From: Candidatus Beckwithbacteria bacterium
GTDB lineage: Bacteria; Patescibacteriota; Microgenomatia; UBA1400; UBA1449
Reading direction: 5' to 3'
DNA: 64,000 nucleotides
Assembly (NCBI GenBank): GCA_012797845.1
Contig: JAAZOH010000016.1
Coordinates: 7,733-71,732 of the forward strand
This document shows, one piece after another, positions 19,029 to 29,173 of this stretch. The first letter of the stretch is position 1. Each line of letters starts with the position of its first letter. The notes under the pieces are model-generated. The model had not been told where the DNA came from. It searched no databases and saw nothing but the letters and a program-made list of their open reading frames with translations. The position numbers and the translations under genes were made by a program.

Positions 19029-19030
19029 AT

Positions 19031-20059
19031 TTATACCTGTCCACCCCTATAAATCTTAGGTTCAAACCAATCTTGCTGAGGTGTTTCACTGTCTTGATCA
19101 CTTGATTCTTGACTAGCTTGACTGGGTGTTTGATTAGTAGTTTGTGGTTCTGGTACTACCGGCATTTGTGAAGCTGTTTGGTTTTGAACTGGGTTTTGAA
19201 CTTGTGGAAAGGGTGCTTGCACTACTGGTTGAGTAGTTGGAGTACTAAAACTACTTTGTGGAACTTGAACCTGAGCTGGAGCAGGGGAGCTCAAATGATT
19301 TCGCTTTCCCCCAACTCGCATGCACCAGGCAATTGCTGAAAAGGTATTGGCTGTAGCTTTGTAAGTAAAATTATTGGTAGCAGCCTCAATGGCAGCTAGT
19401 AGATTAGTCGCAATATCAGGATTAATCCTAATTTTAGCTGTCCGTAGCAAACTAACCATCAACTCAGCTAGGCTTGAAGCTTCCGGATCATATAGTTTTA
19501 TATTGCCAAGGTTAGGAACCTGACCATTTATACTAAAACTAATACTGTCCCGATCAGCAAATAGAGTTGGTTCTTGAGTAATCAGCTCACCAATTTGGTT
19601 GGTGCTACTCATACCCATAGTGATAATTAGATCAGCATCAATGCCTCGATAAGAAAATTCAACATCTTTTTTCTCAAGTCTTTCTATACCTTCCTTCATT
19701 TCAATGCTCAAATTGAACTTACTATTTTCATTATCAGAAGAAACTTTTTCCACATTGTCATACTCCGTATTTAAAGTAATGACTAAGTTTTTAGAGCCGG
19801 ATTTTTTAGCAATACTACCTACTCCATAAAGCCTTTGATAGGCTACTGTCACGTCCCCGCTGGAAACAATTGAGACTGATTTGCTCTTTTTACTTTCCCC
19901 ATCTAGTTGGTTAAAGCCGTCTTTAAGGCTTAAATACAAAGCCAAACCAGTAGCTACACTATCAACACTTAGCTGCTGAGGTAGAAGAATGAGAATAGAT
20001 TTGGCTTTAGCAATTTTTTGAGCAGTTTGAGAAAAGGGGAGTTGGTTTTGAGCTGACAT
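19031..20059 (-). CDS. DHH/DHHA1-like (NrnA-like) protein with degenerate catalytic motifs and a Q/P-rich C-terminal tail
   Basis: N-terminal ILILLPQQLSVDSVATGLALYL resembles the DHH motif I region but lacks the DHH residues. It lies downstream of infB, as nrnA does in Actinobacteria. The last ~90 aa are PQ-rich low complexity. Confidence 0.3.
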   Translation of the reverse strand: MSAQNQLPFSQTAQKIAKAKSILILLPQQLSVDSVATGLALYLSLKDGFNQLDGESKKSKSVSIVSSGDVTVAYQRLYGVGSIAKKSGSKNLVITLNTEYDNVEKVSSDNENSKFNLSIEMKEGIERLEKKDVEFSYRGIDADLIITMGMSSTNQIGELITQEPTLFADRDSISFSINGQVPNLGNIKLYDPEASSLAELMVSLLRTAKIRINPDIATNLLAAIEAATNNFTYKATANTFSAIAWCMRVGGKRNHLSSPAPAQVQVPQSSFSTPTTQPVVQAPFPQVQNPVQNQTASQMPVVPEPQTTNQTPSQASQESSDQDSETPQQDWFEPKIYRGGQV

Positions 20060-20119
20060 GATCTATAAGATTTGAGCAGGGAGATAATTTAATAGTCCCT
20101 TTATTATACGCAAAACTGG

Positions 20120-21604
20120 CTAGTCGTCAATAATTTTATAGGACACAACTTGGTCACCAATTTTAAAGCTTAAATCAGGACGGAAAACTAAAGCTACCTC
20201 CTGCCCTTTTTTAGCTTCGGTTTCATCTTTGCGTTCAACTTGCAAAGCTCCAATCCGAGGTTCAGCTACAATCTGCTCCCCTCTTATAATCCGAACTTTT
20301 TCCGAACGAACAATTTTACCTTCAAGCACTTTACAGCCAGCAATATGGCTACCTTTGATTTTAAATTCAGCAATCACCTCAGCTTTGCCTAGAACTTCTT
20401 CATTGATAGTCGGTTCTAAAAGCTTCAAAACTCGTGCTTGTAAATCCTCAAGCAAATGATAAATGATGTCAAAGGTTTCGATTTTGACCTTTTCCATTTC
20501 AGCCAGTTTTTTAACTAAAGTAGGAACTTTAACATGAAAGCCGATGAGGCGTGCTTCCGTTGATTGAGCGAGTAGTACATCTGATTCGTTAATATCCCCT
20601 ACTCCGTGACCAACCAATTCAATTTCCTCAGTTAAATTAGCAGTAATAGCTTCCAGTGTTCCGGCCTGGTCGGCTTTAATAATAATCTTAAGTCGTTTCT
20701 GCTCTTCGTTTTTGCTTTCTTCTGGAACAAGTTCTGTGGTTCCAGTTTCTGACTGAGCAGTCTCATGCTCTTGAGATTTGGCAGTGACTAACTCTCCAGT
20801 ATCTAAAACGTGTTTAAAGCCCAAAAGCTGGATTGGCTGGCTAATAGTAGCCTTTTTGACCTGTTCATTATTTGGAGTGATAAGACAGCGAACTTTAGTT
20901 TCTTGATTTTTACAAAAAACTGTTTGACCAACTACAATTTCGCCACTGCGAATAAGCAGATTAGCCACTACACCTTTTTTTGAGTCTAAAAATGAATCTA
21001 AAACTACAGCTTTTAAGTCTTGAGTATCAGGTGAAATCTCTTGAAGCTCCCAAATCAGTTCAATCATTTCCAGTAGTTGATCAATGCCTTGTTTAGCTTT
21101 AGCCGAAATTGGAACTGCCACAATATCGCCACCATACCCTTCGACAAAGATTTCTTGTTCGGCTAACTGGGCTTTGACCATTTCTAGGCTAGCTTCTGGC
21201 AAATCTACCTTATTAATAGCCACAACAAAAGGAATTTGAGCTTTTTTAATATGGGCAATAGCTTCTTTAGTTTGGGGTTTGACCCCATCATTGGCTGCCA
21301 CTACTAAAATAGCAATATCGGCAACTTGGGCTCCACGACTACGCATTTTAGAAAAAGCTTCATGGCCTGGGGTATCAATGAAGGTAATAATGGAACTAGG
21401 ATCATTGGCTCGCAGTTGGGTTTGATAAGCTCCAATATGCTGGGTAATGCCACCGGCTTCAGAAGCAGTCACATTAGATTCCCGGATAGCATCCAAAAGG
21501 GTGGTTTTGCCATGATCAACATGACCTAACACTACCACTACTGGTGGATGTTTTTTTTGAGATTGAGCTGGAGTAGTTTTTTTCTTAGCCAAGACTATGA
21601 TCAT
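20120..21604 (-). CDS. infB: Translation initiation factor IF-2 (short form lacking N-terminal domains)
   Basis: G domain [24 protein letters not shown]. Only 494 aa. Confidence 0.9.
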   Translation of the reverse strand: MIIVLAKKKTTPAQSQKKHPPVVVVLGHVDHGKTTLLDAIRESNVTASEAGGITQHIGAYQTQLRANDPSSIITFIDTPGHEAFSKMRSRGAQVADIAILVVAANDGVKPQTKEAIAHIKKAQIPFVVAINKVDLPEASLEMVKAQLAEQEIFVEGYGGDIVAVPISAKAKQGIDQLLEMIELIWELQEISPDTQDLKAVVLDSFLDSKKGVVANLLIRSGEIVVGQTVFCKNQETKVRCLITPNNEQVKKATISQPIQLLGFKHVLDTGELVTAKSQEHETAQSETGTTELVPEESKNEEQKRLKIIIKADQAGTLEAITANLTEEIELVGHGVGDINESDVLLAQSTEARLIGFHVKVPTLVKKLAEMEKVKIETFDIIYHLLEDLQARVLKLLEPTINEEVLGKAEVIAEFKIKGSHIAGCKVLEGKIVRSEKVRIIRGEQIVAEPRIGALQVERKDETEAKKGQEVALVFRPDLSFKIGDQVVSYKIIDD

Positions 21605-21623
21605 TCCGGACTTGATCCGGAAT
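21603..21623 (-). promoter_or_regulatory. Perfect 8-bp hairpin ATTCCGGA-CTTGA-TCCGGAAT in the nusA-infB spacer
   Basis: Read directly from the sequence; intercistronic position. Confidence 0.3.
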
Positions 21624-21691
21624 CCTGTTATAGCAATATTGGCTGCAAGGATTCTGAAACAAGCTCAAAATGACAGTTTAATTTATCAAAA

Positions 21692-22924
21692 CTATGCTTC
21701 ACTTTCAGTTTTATCTTCTTTTTTGTCTTCTTTAGCTTTTGTTGCTTTAGCTTCAGTTTTTGCTTCTTTTTTGGTCTTTTTTGTTGTTTTTTCCTGCTCA
21801 TCATCTGAACTTTCTTTTTCCTTAGCTTCTTCAGCTTTTTTAGCCTCAGCCATTTTTTTCTTTTCAGATTCGGTCAATGTGCCACCTGGACCTTTGATAT
21901 CAATTTTATAGCCGGTCAGCTTAGCGGCTAGTCGAACGTTTTGACCATCTCGGCCAATAGCTAAAGAGAGTTGGTCTTCAGGCACAGTCACAACTGCTGA
22001 TTTGTCTTTTTCATTAAGTTCAATTTGCAGATTTTCAGCCGGAGCCAAGGCAGCAGTCAAAAATCGGATTGGATCGTCAGAATATTGAATAATATCAATT
22101 TTTTCACGGTTAAGCTCATCAATAACAGTCTGGACTCGAACTCCTTTTTGGCCCACACAGGAACCAACTGGATCAACACCAGATTGAGCTGAAAATACAG
22201 CTAGTTTGGTCCGACCCCCAGCTTCTCGGGCAATAGTACGGATTTCAACAGCTCCAGAAGCTACCTCTGGTACTTCCCGCTCAAAGAGTTTAGCTACCAG
22301 TTCGGAAGCAGCCCTGGAGACAATAATTTGTCGACCTTTCATGGTTTCTCGGATATCTTGGATATAAAACGTCATGCGTTTATTGAGTGTGTAATGTTCA
22401 CCAGGAATTTGTTCTTGAGGAGGCATTTGAGCCTGACCGCGACCAATATCAACAATGACAAATTGGCCATCATGACGTAATACCATACCAGAAACTAGCG
22501 TGCCAATCCGATCTTGATATTCTTTCAAAATAGCATCTTTTTCAGCTTCGCGGATTTTTTGTAAAATAACCTGCTTGGCAGTCTGAGAAGCAATCCGGCC
22601 AAAACCAGGAGGCGTCACTTCTTCTTGTTTGGTTTCATCATAAGCAGCTTCGACTTCAGGAGCTCCTTCTTCTGGCTCTTCTACTGTTTCTTCTTCTGTC
22701 TCAAGTTTTGGATAACGGAAAATTTTAGCTTCGCCATTATCAGGATCGATTTGAGCTTTATAAACATACGCTTCATCTAAACCATAGTCTTTACGATATG
22801 CTGCTAAAATTGCTGATTCAATAGTAGCAATAACAATTGCTGGCTCAATGCCCCTTTCACTACAGATTTGATTTAAAGCTGAAGCAAATTCGGTTCGAGC
22901 AGTCAAAACATTTTGAGTAGCCAT
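21692..22924 (-). CDS. nusA: Transcription termination/antitermination factor NusA with Lys/Glu-rich C-terminal tail
   Basis: N-terminal domain, S1 and two KH domains; ~80-aa K/E/A-rich tail. Confidence 0.9.
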   Translation of the reverse strand: MATQNVLTARTEFASALNQICSERGIEPAIVIATIESAILAAYRKDYGLDEAYVYKAQIDPDNGEAKIFRYPKLETEEETVEEPEEGAPEVEAAYDETKQEEVTPPGFGRIASQTAKQVILQKIREAEKDAILKEYQDRIGTLVSGMVLRHDGQFVIVDIGRGQAQMPPQEQIPGEHYTLNKRMTFYIQDIRETMKGRQIIVSRAASELVAKLFEREVPEVASGAVEIRTIAREAGGRTKLAVFSAQSGVDPVGSCVGQKGVRVQTVIDELNREKIDIIQYSDDPIRFLTAALAPAENLQIELNEKDKSAVVTVPEDQLSLAIGRDGQNVRLAAKLTGYKIDIKGPGGTLTESEKKKMAEAKKAEEAKEKESSDDEQEKTTKKTKKEAKTEAKATKAKEDKKEDKTESEA

Positions 22925-22964
22925 AATTTTTGTAGAGACAATTTTTAGATTGTATCTACCCTAG

Positions 22965-22992
22965 ATATACAAAAAGGTGGACAGCTCCACCT
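22965..22992 (-). terminator. Rho-independent terminator (AGGTGGAGCTGTCCACCT + TTTTTGTATA on minus strand) between the MiaB-like gene and nusA
   Basis: 7-bp GC-rich stem with 4-nt loop followed by a U-run. Confidence 0.6.
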
Positions 22993-23037
22993 TAAACAAA
23001 TAACTTCGTAACAATAAGGAAATTATAGCAGTATCTT

Positions 23038-24291
23038 TCAGCTTAAGCAAATTTTAAAGATTTGATTTCTTTTCAAGTTAGGATTTGAAATTTGGAATTT
23101 TATATAGTTATCACTCCATCCCACCCATTCTCCTTGTTTATTTTTCGCTTCAATTAAAACTCCCAATGTCTGGTTGATAAATTGTTTTCTAAAATTTTCT
23201 TCTAATTGCTTGCTTAAATCCCGTAATTTTTTGGCTCTAGCTAGCTTAGTTTTTTTAAAAACCTCTCCCCATTTTTTTTCCTTTTGCCCAGCTAAGGTTC
23301 CTGGTCGGTTTGAATAAGGAAAAACGTGGATTTTACTAAAACCAATTTCTTGTATGTTTTGTAAGCTTTCCATAAAATCTTGATCTGTTTCACCAGGAAA
23401 ACCCACAATCACATCAGTAGTAATACTAACACCTGGAATAGCTTTTTTAACCTGAGCAACTGTTTTTTTAAATTGTTTAATAGTGTAATGCCGGTTCATT
23501 CGCTTAAGCGTTTGATCACAGGCTGATTGTAAGGAAATGTGGAAGTGCCGGCACAGCCGGCCATTTTTAACATTACTAACTACATTTTGACTATAAAGGT
23601 CTAAAAAGTCTTTAGTAAAAACTTCCGGGTAAACTGAACCTAACCTAATTCGCTCAACTGAAGTCTCGGTTAAAACTTGTTTGAGCAGATCTGTCAGTAT
23701 TGCTTTGCCATCTTGGTATTGGGAAATATCAATTCCGGTTAAAACTACTTCTTTAACGCTTTGCTTCTGGGCAGTTTTGATTTGTCGAACTACCTGAGAA
23801 ACCGGTACGCTTTGGCTGCGGCCGCGCAAATAGGGAATCAAACAGTAACTACAAAATTTGTTGCAACCGGTTTGGATTTTGATAAAAGCCCGACCCGAAG
23901 CCTCATACATTAAACTGTCTGTAATTTTTTGAATTGCTGGATAATTTTCCTTTGATAAAAATGACAAAATAAGATCAACTGTTTTATCTTTATTTTTATT
24001 AGTAATAAGTAGGTCAATTGGTAAATCAATTATTTTCTTATGAAATTTTTAGTTATCTACCCAGCAACCACAAGCTACTATAAAAGCTTTTGGATATAGT
24101 TTTTTTGCCTTGCGTACATATTGTCTAATTTGCTGCTCAGCCCGAGCTGTGACTGCACAGGTATTTACAATTACTAAATCTGGTATTTCATTTTTAGCTA
24201 ATGAAAAACCTTGCTCCTGAAGCTGCCTGGCAATTTCTGTACTTTCCGCAATATTAAGCCGACACCCAAAAGTTTTGATAATAAATTTCAT
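23038..24291 (-). pseudogene. MiaB/RimO-family radical-SAM methylthiotransferase interrupted by one in-frame TAA (N-terminal MTTase domain 24049..24291; radical SAM + TRAM 23038..24048)
   Basis: The 80-aa ORF has the MTTase N-domain motifs (TFGCRLN, NTCAVT, ACGCW). The downstream ORF is in the SAME frame, open from 24048, and carries CNKFCSYC radical-SAM and TRAM domains. A single TAA at 24049-24051 separates them. Confidence 0.6.
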
Positions 24292-24329
24292 GGGGAAATT
24301 GTAACAAAAGCCAGGTTATAATACTGCTT

Positions 24330-25010
24330 ATGAAACAGCTCATGTTATTTGATATCGACCAAACCATTTTTGATGGCTACACTATTTTTCCTCTTACCAA
24401 GGCTCAATTTCAGGACAAATTTATTGATTTTAAAACCATGGAGCTTTTTACTCAAGATCTGGCCGAATATAAAGTAGGGCTGTATGATTATGAAAAGTTT
24501 GTAGCTGTGCTTTTAGATCATTGGGCTAAGGGTTTAGCTGGTCAATCGTATCAGGCAGTCTTTGATCATAGCTTTAGTTTTTTTAAAAAACATAAAAAAC
24601 ATTTCTTTAGTTATTTTAGTAAAGTTGTCAAAAATTGTAGCCAAACTCACGATATCTTTTTAGTAACTGGTGAACCTGACTTTCTGGCTGCCAGCATTGC
24701 TAAAATGTTTAATGTTAAAGGTTACTTAGCTTCCCAATTTGAGCTTAATCAACAAGGTCTCTTTACTGGTAAAGTCAGTCAGTATCTAGCTACTAAAAAA
24801 GATAAAAAAGAGGCTTTAGATGGATTGTTTCAGAAATACTCTTTCAAAAACTCATATGCTTTCGGTGATTCCGAAGCTGATATTCAAATGCTGTCTTTGG
24901 TTGAACATCCTATTTGCGTCAATCCTGGTGCTGATTTGGAAAAAATAGCTCTTAAAAAAGCCTGGTCAGTGATTGATCCGGAAACATTTGATGTTTCGAT
25001 ATTAAAATAA
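24330..25010 (+). CDS. HAD-superfamily hydrolase, subfamily IB (PSPase-like)
   Basis: Motif I FDIDQT at the N-terminus, motif III K, motif IV GDSEAD. Confidence 0.65.
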   Translation: MKQLMLFDIDQTIFDGYTIFPLTKAQFQDKFIDFKTMELFTQDLAEYKVGLYDYEKFVAVLLDHWAKGLAGQSYQAVFDHSFSFFKKHKKHFFSYFSKVVKNCSQTHDIFLVTGEPDFLAASIAKMFNVKGYLASQFELNQQGLFTGKVSQYLATKKDKKEALDGLFQKYSFKNSYAFGDSEADIQMLSLVEHPICVNPGADLEKIALKKAWSVIDPETFDVSILK

Positions 25011-26018
25011 ATGTCTTGATAAGTATTCCACTCCCTTACCGGGTTTTAAAGTTACCACTTTCTTTACTCCTTGGAGTTTATTCAAACGTTGTTTAATTTT
25101 AGAAACATTTTTTTCCAAAGCTAAAATTTTGATTTGTGGTCCTGCATCAATCGTAAAATAAGCTTCTAAGCCTTCGTCCCGCCAATTTTGAACTTGATGT
25201 ATTAGCTCGACTGTTTCGGGTAGCCAATAAATAATAGACGGTTTGGTAGTTAACATTAATGCGTGTAGTTTTAGTGCATTATGTTCAGAAATTTCTCCCA
25301 TTTTAGTAAAATTTTTAGCTTTGATAGCTTGTTTTATTTCCTTTAAATCCTGTTCAACAGTTGCAAGCCAACAAGGATAAAACGGACAGGTAGCTACGGT
25401 TTGTTTCATGCCAGCTCGAGTTTTAAGCTCTTTTTTCTTGGTACTAACTACTACCGTTAACATACACAACTGAGGCCAATAGTTCTCATCATAAAGTTGA
25501 ACTGCATAACTATCACTGCCATCTGCTTTTGAGCCTTTTTGCCACTCCACAAAACCACCCAAAATACTTCGACAAGAAGATCCTGAACCTTGACGGCTTA
25601 AAATTGAGAGCTGTTTAGAGTTTAAATTTAACCCAGCTGCTTTAGCTGAAGCGGCTGCCAGTGCTGCAGCTCCTGAAGCTGAAGAAGCCAGTCCGGCTTG
25701 AGTTTCAACTTCGTTTTGGGAAACTACCTTGGCTTTTAATTTGATTTTTGCTAGTTTACGAGCTAGATTTAGTTGACCAATCACTCGATCATATTCTTCT
25801 CCTTCTTTAAATTCCTGACCATCAAGTGTAAAAATGTCTCGTTTATAGCTAGAGTTAAATTCAACAGTTGTGGTTGAACCGTACTGGTCCCAAGTAATCG
25901 CTAAGTTACTATTTTGAGGCAGGATTAAGGTTTCATCTCGTTTACCCCAATACTTAACCAAAGCCATGCTAATATTGGCATGAGCAGTGGCTTTTAGATG
26001 TTTTTTCATAGTTTGCAT
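25002..26018 (-). CDS. mvaD: Diphosphomevalonate decarboxylase
   Basis: ALVKYWGKRD N-terminal signature, GHMP-kinase-like ATP loop (GLASSASGAAALAAA). Confidence 0.85.
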   Translation of the reverse strand: MQTMKKHLKATAHANISMALVKYWGKRDETLILPQNSNLAITWDQYGSTTTVEFNSSYKRDIFTLDGQEFKEGEEYDRVIGQLNLARKLAKIKLKAKVVSQNEVETQAGLASSASGAAALAAASAKAAGLNLNSKQLSILSRQGSGSSCRSILGGFVEWQKGSKADGSDSYAVQLYDENYWPQLCMLTVVVSTKKKELKTRAGMKQTVATCPFYPCWLATVEQDLKEIKQAIKAKNFTKMGEISEHNALKLHALMLTTKPSIIYWLPETVELIHQVQNWRDEGLEAYFTIDAGPQIKILALEKNVSKIKQRLNKLQGVKKVVTLKPGKGVEYLSRHLF

Positions 26019-26024
26019 ATGTAA

Positions 26025-27008
26025 TTAATTACTTTTCTCATCAATACTAACTCCTTTGGCTCCAGTTTCGACTGGTACCAATGTTCCTCCTGCTTCTACT
26101 AAACGTTGCTCAATTACATGTTTATGGCCATTGGCAGACATAACAATTAAGCAATCTCCTCCACCTGATCCAGAGAGTTTAGCTCCTTCAGCCCCATGCA
26201 AAATTGAGGTCACACAAAGTTTGTGCAAAATGTCGGTACTTACTCCTAGATCATGAAGAATTTTTTGGTTTTTATTAAATAGCTCTCCTAATTCTTCCCA
26301 CCGTTTGGTTTCAATTAAATCTCTAGCTTTTTTTACCAGTTTAGTAATAAGATCAAAACGACTGTTAACATAATTGGGTTTAAGAGTCCGCATTTTGGCT
26401 AATTTTTTAACAATGGTAGCCGTGTCAGCTTTAACACCAGAATAAACTACAATAAGAGGAAGTTTTTTAATTTCTAAAGGTTCGATAACTTTACCACCAG
26501 TTTCAAAATATAAAGTCCCACCCCAAATGGCTGCAGCTACATCAAAACCAGACCCTACACCCTGCACTTCAAGTACAGCTTGGTATGCAATTTCAAAAAT
26601 TTCTTGATTGCTTAATTTTAGATTGAAAAGTTCGGAAATACCTTTGGCCGTACAGACACTCACTGCTGAAGAGCTACCTAAACCATATTTAGATGAAAAG
26701 CCATTTCTAGTCCGAATTGAAAGCCCAGAATTAAGTTTGTATTTTTCGTATAAAATTTGCAATACTGCTTCAATAAATTGAACTCCTCGAGGCAGTTTCT
26801 TAGACGGTTTAAAATCAGTGATAGAACGCTTGTAGTTTTTGATTTCCACTTCTGGAGCATTAATAGTCAAAGTTGGAACTTTAGTGGTTTTAATTTGTAC
26901 ATGAACCCGAGAATCGACTGCTGTTACTAAACAAGGTCGATCATAAACCACACTATGTTCGCCCAGCAGCATTAATTTCCCTGGAGCCGAAACGGTAATT
27001 TTAGCCAT
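26025..27008 (-). CDS. GHMP kinase, mevalonate/phosphomevalonate kinase-like (candidate phosphomevalonate kinase)
   Basis: APGKLMLLGEHSVVY N-terminal motif, GLGSSSA P-loop, C-terminal SGSGGGDC resembling bacterial PMK SGAGGGDC. Confidence 0.55.
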   Translation of the reverse strand: MAKITVSAPGKLMLLGEHSVVYDRPCLVTAVDSRVHVQIKTTKVPTLTINAPEVEIKNYKRSITDFKPSKKLPRGVQFIEAVLQILYEKYKLNSGLSIRTRNGFSSKYGLGSSSAVSVCTAKGISELFNLKLSNQEIFEIAYQAVLEVQGVGSGFDVAAAIWGGTLYFETGGKVIEPLEIKKLPLIVVYSGVKADTATIVKKLAKMRTLKPNYVNSRFDLITKLVKKARDLIETKRWEELGELFNKNQKILHDLGVSTDILHKLCVTSILHGAEGAKLSGSGGGDCLIVMSANGHKHVIEQRLVEAGGTLVPVETGAKGVSIDEKSN

Positions 27009-27017
27009 AAAATCTCC

Positions 27018-28109
27018 TTAGTGTTTGGTAATAGGGTTTGCCCTTTCGATGCGCAAACCTTCACTACCAAGCGTGGTAGTAAAAGTTGCTAGTTTATGTT
27101 TTTGACAAATTTCTGTAATTTTTGTTTTATCCTTGTGGTAAGCCAGTACAATACCTGAACCTTTTTTGGCTCCGCCGCCGCCACAAATCTTGGCAGCTCC
27201 TCCTGCTTTTTGGATTTGGGCAATAAGTGTTTGAGCTGTTAGCGAGACCACCCCAATTTTTTCTAAATTAATTTCACCCTGGTTGATGAGTTTTTTGACC
27301 GTCACTTCATCTCCATCATGCAAAGCAGTAAGAAGCTGACGACTCACTTCTTCTTGATCTTTTAAAAATTTGGTAAATAAAGCAGGTTTTTTCTGGGAAA
27401 ATAATTTAACCTTATGAACCATTTCTCCAGTTGATTCCGCTGGCTTACCTGTATGTATCAAAATAAAATTTTGAGCTAGTTTTTTAGGGATAGCAAAGTT
27501 AATTGGAGTGATAGTTTTTAAAATCGAGATTTCCTTGCGGTACCACAAAAGTCCTCCAAAACAGGTGATGGCTGTATCAGCTCCAGACGGATTGCCATGC
27601 ATATGTTTTTCAATTGTATGGGCAATAGAGCTAATCACCGTTTTATCAAGCGGTAAACCAAGAGTTGCAGTCAAGGCTCCAGTAGTAGCCACAGCCAAAG
27701 CTGCCGAAGAACCCAAACCAGAACCAGTCTCTAAATCAGAATCAATAGTGAGAGTAAAACCGTTTTTGAGCTGTTTGCGGTAAAATGCAAACGTTTCAAT
27801 GATGGCAATTTTGACATAAGTCAGCTCCGTACTACGACTAAAATCAAGGTATTTAATTTGATTGTCCTGCTCAAATTGTTTTAAGTTTTTTCGAGCTTTT
27901 TGAGTTGAAACTACCATTTGATTAATTGAAGTCTCCTCAGAAAGATTGAGTTTTTTATCTATTAAAACAATCTTATTGTCATTAGTGGGTGTGATTGTAA
28001 CTTGGAGCCTTTTATCAATGGCCGCTAACAAAGCCGGTTTGCCATACACCACACTATGTTCACCCATCAGAATAATTTTGCCTGGTACCGAAACAGTTAT
28101 GCTTTTCAT
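27018..28109 (-). CDS. mvk: Mevalonate kinase (GHMP kinase); start set at the ATG overlapping the upstream stop (ATGA); the ORF track extends to 28175
   Basis: VPGKIILMGEHSVVYGKPAL, GLGSSAALAVA P-loop, C-terminal ICGGGGAKKGSG. Confidence 0.65.
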   Translation of the reverse strand: MKSITVSVPGKIILMGEHSVVYGKPALLAAIDKRLQVTITPTNDNKIVLIDKKLNLSEETSINQMVVSTQKARKNLKQFEQDNQIKYLDFSRSTELTYVKIAIIETFAFYRKQLKNGFTLTIDSDLETGSGLGSSAALAVATTGALTATLGLPLDKTVISSIAHTIEKHMHGNPSGADTAITCFGGLLWYRKEISILKTITPINFAIPKKLAQNFILIHTGKPAESTGEMVHKVKLFSQKKPALFTKFLKDQEEVSRQLLTALHDGDEVTVKKLINQGEINLEKIGVVSLTAQTLIAQIQKAGGAAKICGGGGAKKGSGIVLAYHKDKTKITEICQKHKLATFTTTLGSEGLRIERANPITKH

Positions 28110-29173
28110 ATTGTTAGTAAGGTTTCTAATAATGTAGGATTTGCTTGTAATTTTTGAATAGCTAGTTCTGCCCAAAAGGCAATATCTTGGTGTTTTTGGC
28201 TAAATTGCAAAAGCTGATCCCAAGAAAGCCATTGATAATTACTAAGCTCATTTTTATCTGGAACAATTGCACCAGAATATTTGGCTATCATCAAATAATT
28301 ATGTTCATTTTCCGCTAAAGCTTTTGTCCATTGTTTTTGGTAGTTATAAGTTAGTAAAGGCGTAAAATTGGCAATGGTAATGCCAAGTTCCTGTTTGACA
28401 CGGCGCTGGCAAGCTTTAGTAATATCTTCTCCAAACCAAGGATGTGAAGAAAAACTCATATCCCAATACTGCGGCCACAGTGGTTTAAACTCTGATCTTT
28501 TGGTGAGTAAAATTTGCTGGTGATCATTGACAATAATGGCAGTAAAAGCCCGGTGATGCTGACCTACTCCCTGGTGAGCTGCATATTTTTCAATCTGGCC
28601 TAATTCCTGATCATGCTCATCAACCAAAATCAGTAACTCCTGAAGCTTGGCAAGAATTGTTTTATCTTCTAAAGCTTTAGCCAAACAGGGGGTTACTTTT
28701 ATATCTCCTTGTTGGTATTTTTTCAAAATATCGCTCAAAAAGTACCACTGCCCTCCAGCCACTTCATCTGTATTAAAATTAAAATCACCCTCAAAATTAG
28801 CTTTGTAAACAGTGACTAGCTCTGCTTCACGCTGCGTTTGATAAGAGACTGTACCGATTTGTACAAATTGATCTTTAGGGACAATAACTCCCAATTCTTC
28901 TTGAGTTTCCCGATCCACAGTATCTAGGTAATTCGAGCCAGCATCAACATGGCCTGAAGCCGAAAAAACCCAATAACCAGGGTACAGATCTTTACTTAAG
29001 CTTCGATGTTGTAAAAATATCTGGCCTTTTTGATTAAGAAGAAAAACTACAGCTGCCCGATGTCTTAACTTGGGATTTTGATGACACTCTCCCCTAGTAG
29101 CTTGACCAATCACTTGGTCATGTTGGTCAACAAGGTCAAATAGTTCTGATTGTTTGTCAGTAGTTTGAATCAT
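28106..29173 (-). CDS. Tandem-duplicated Nudix protein, isopentenyl-diphosphate isomerase type 1-like
   Basis: Two IDI-like Nudix halves (HRAAVVFLLNQKGQIFLQHRSLSKDLYPGYW... and HRAFTAIIVNDHQQILLTKRSEFKPLWPQYW...). The catalytic Cys position is Ser in both (SASGH / SFSSH). Confidence 0.55.
   Translation of the reverse strand: MIQTTDKQSELFDLVDQHDQVIGQATRGECHQNPKLRHRAAVVFLLNQKGQIFLQHRSLSKDLYPGYWVFSASGHVDAGSNYLDTVDRETQEELGVIVPKDQFVQIGTVSYQTQREAELVTVYKANFEGDFNFNTDEVAGGQWYFLSDILKKYQQGDIKVTPCLAKALEDKTILAKLQELLILVDEHDQELGQIEKYAAHQGVGQHHRAFTAIIVNDHQQILLTKRSEFKPLWPQYWDMSFSSHPWFGEDITKACQRRVKQELGITIANFTPLLTYNYQKQWTKALAENEHNYLMIAKYSGAIVPDKNELSNYQWLSWDQLLQFSQKHQDIAFWAELAIQKLQANPTLLETLLTI

Noticed and set aside
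21650-21690. Third copy of the TCAGAATGACA leader motif in the nusA-infB spacer (CTCAAAATGACAG)
   Set aside because: Only one arm is present with no complementary partner nearby, so it is likely a chance similarity.
23038-24291. Alternative genetic code (stop-codon reassignment) explaining the in-frame TAA in the MiaB-like gene
   Set aside because: TAA, TGA and TAG each terminate well-conserved proteins in this window at the expected positions. A single interrupted gene does not support recoding.
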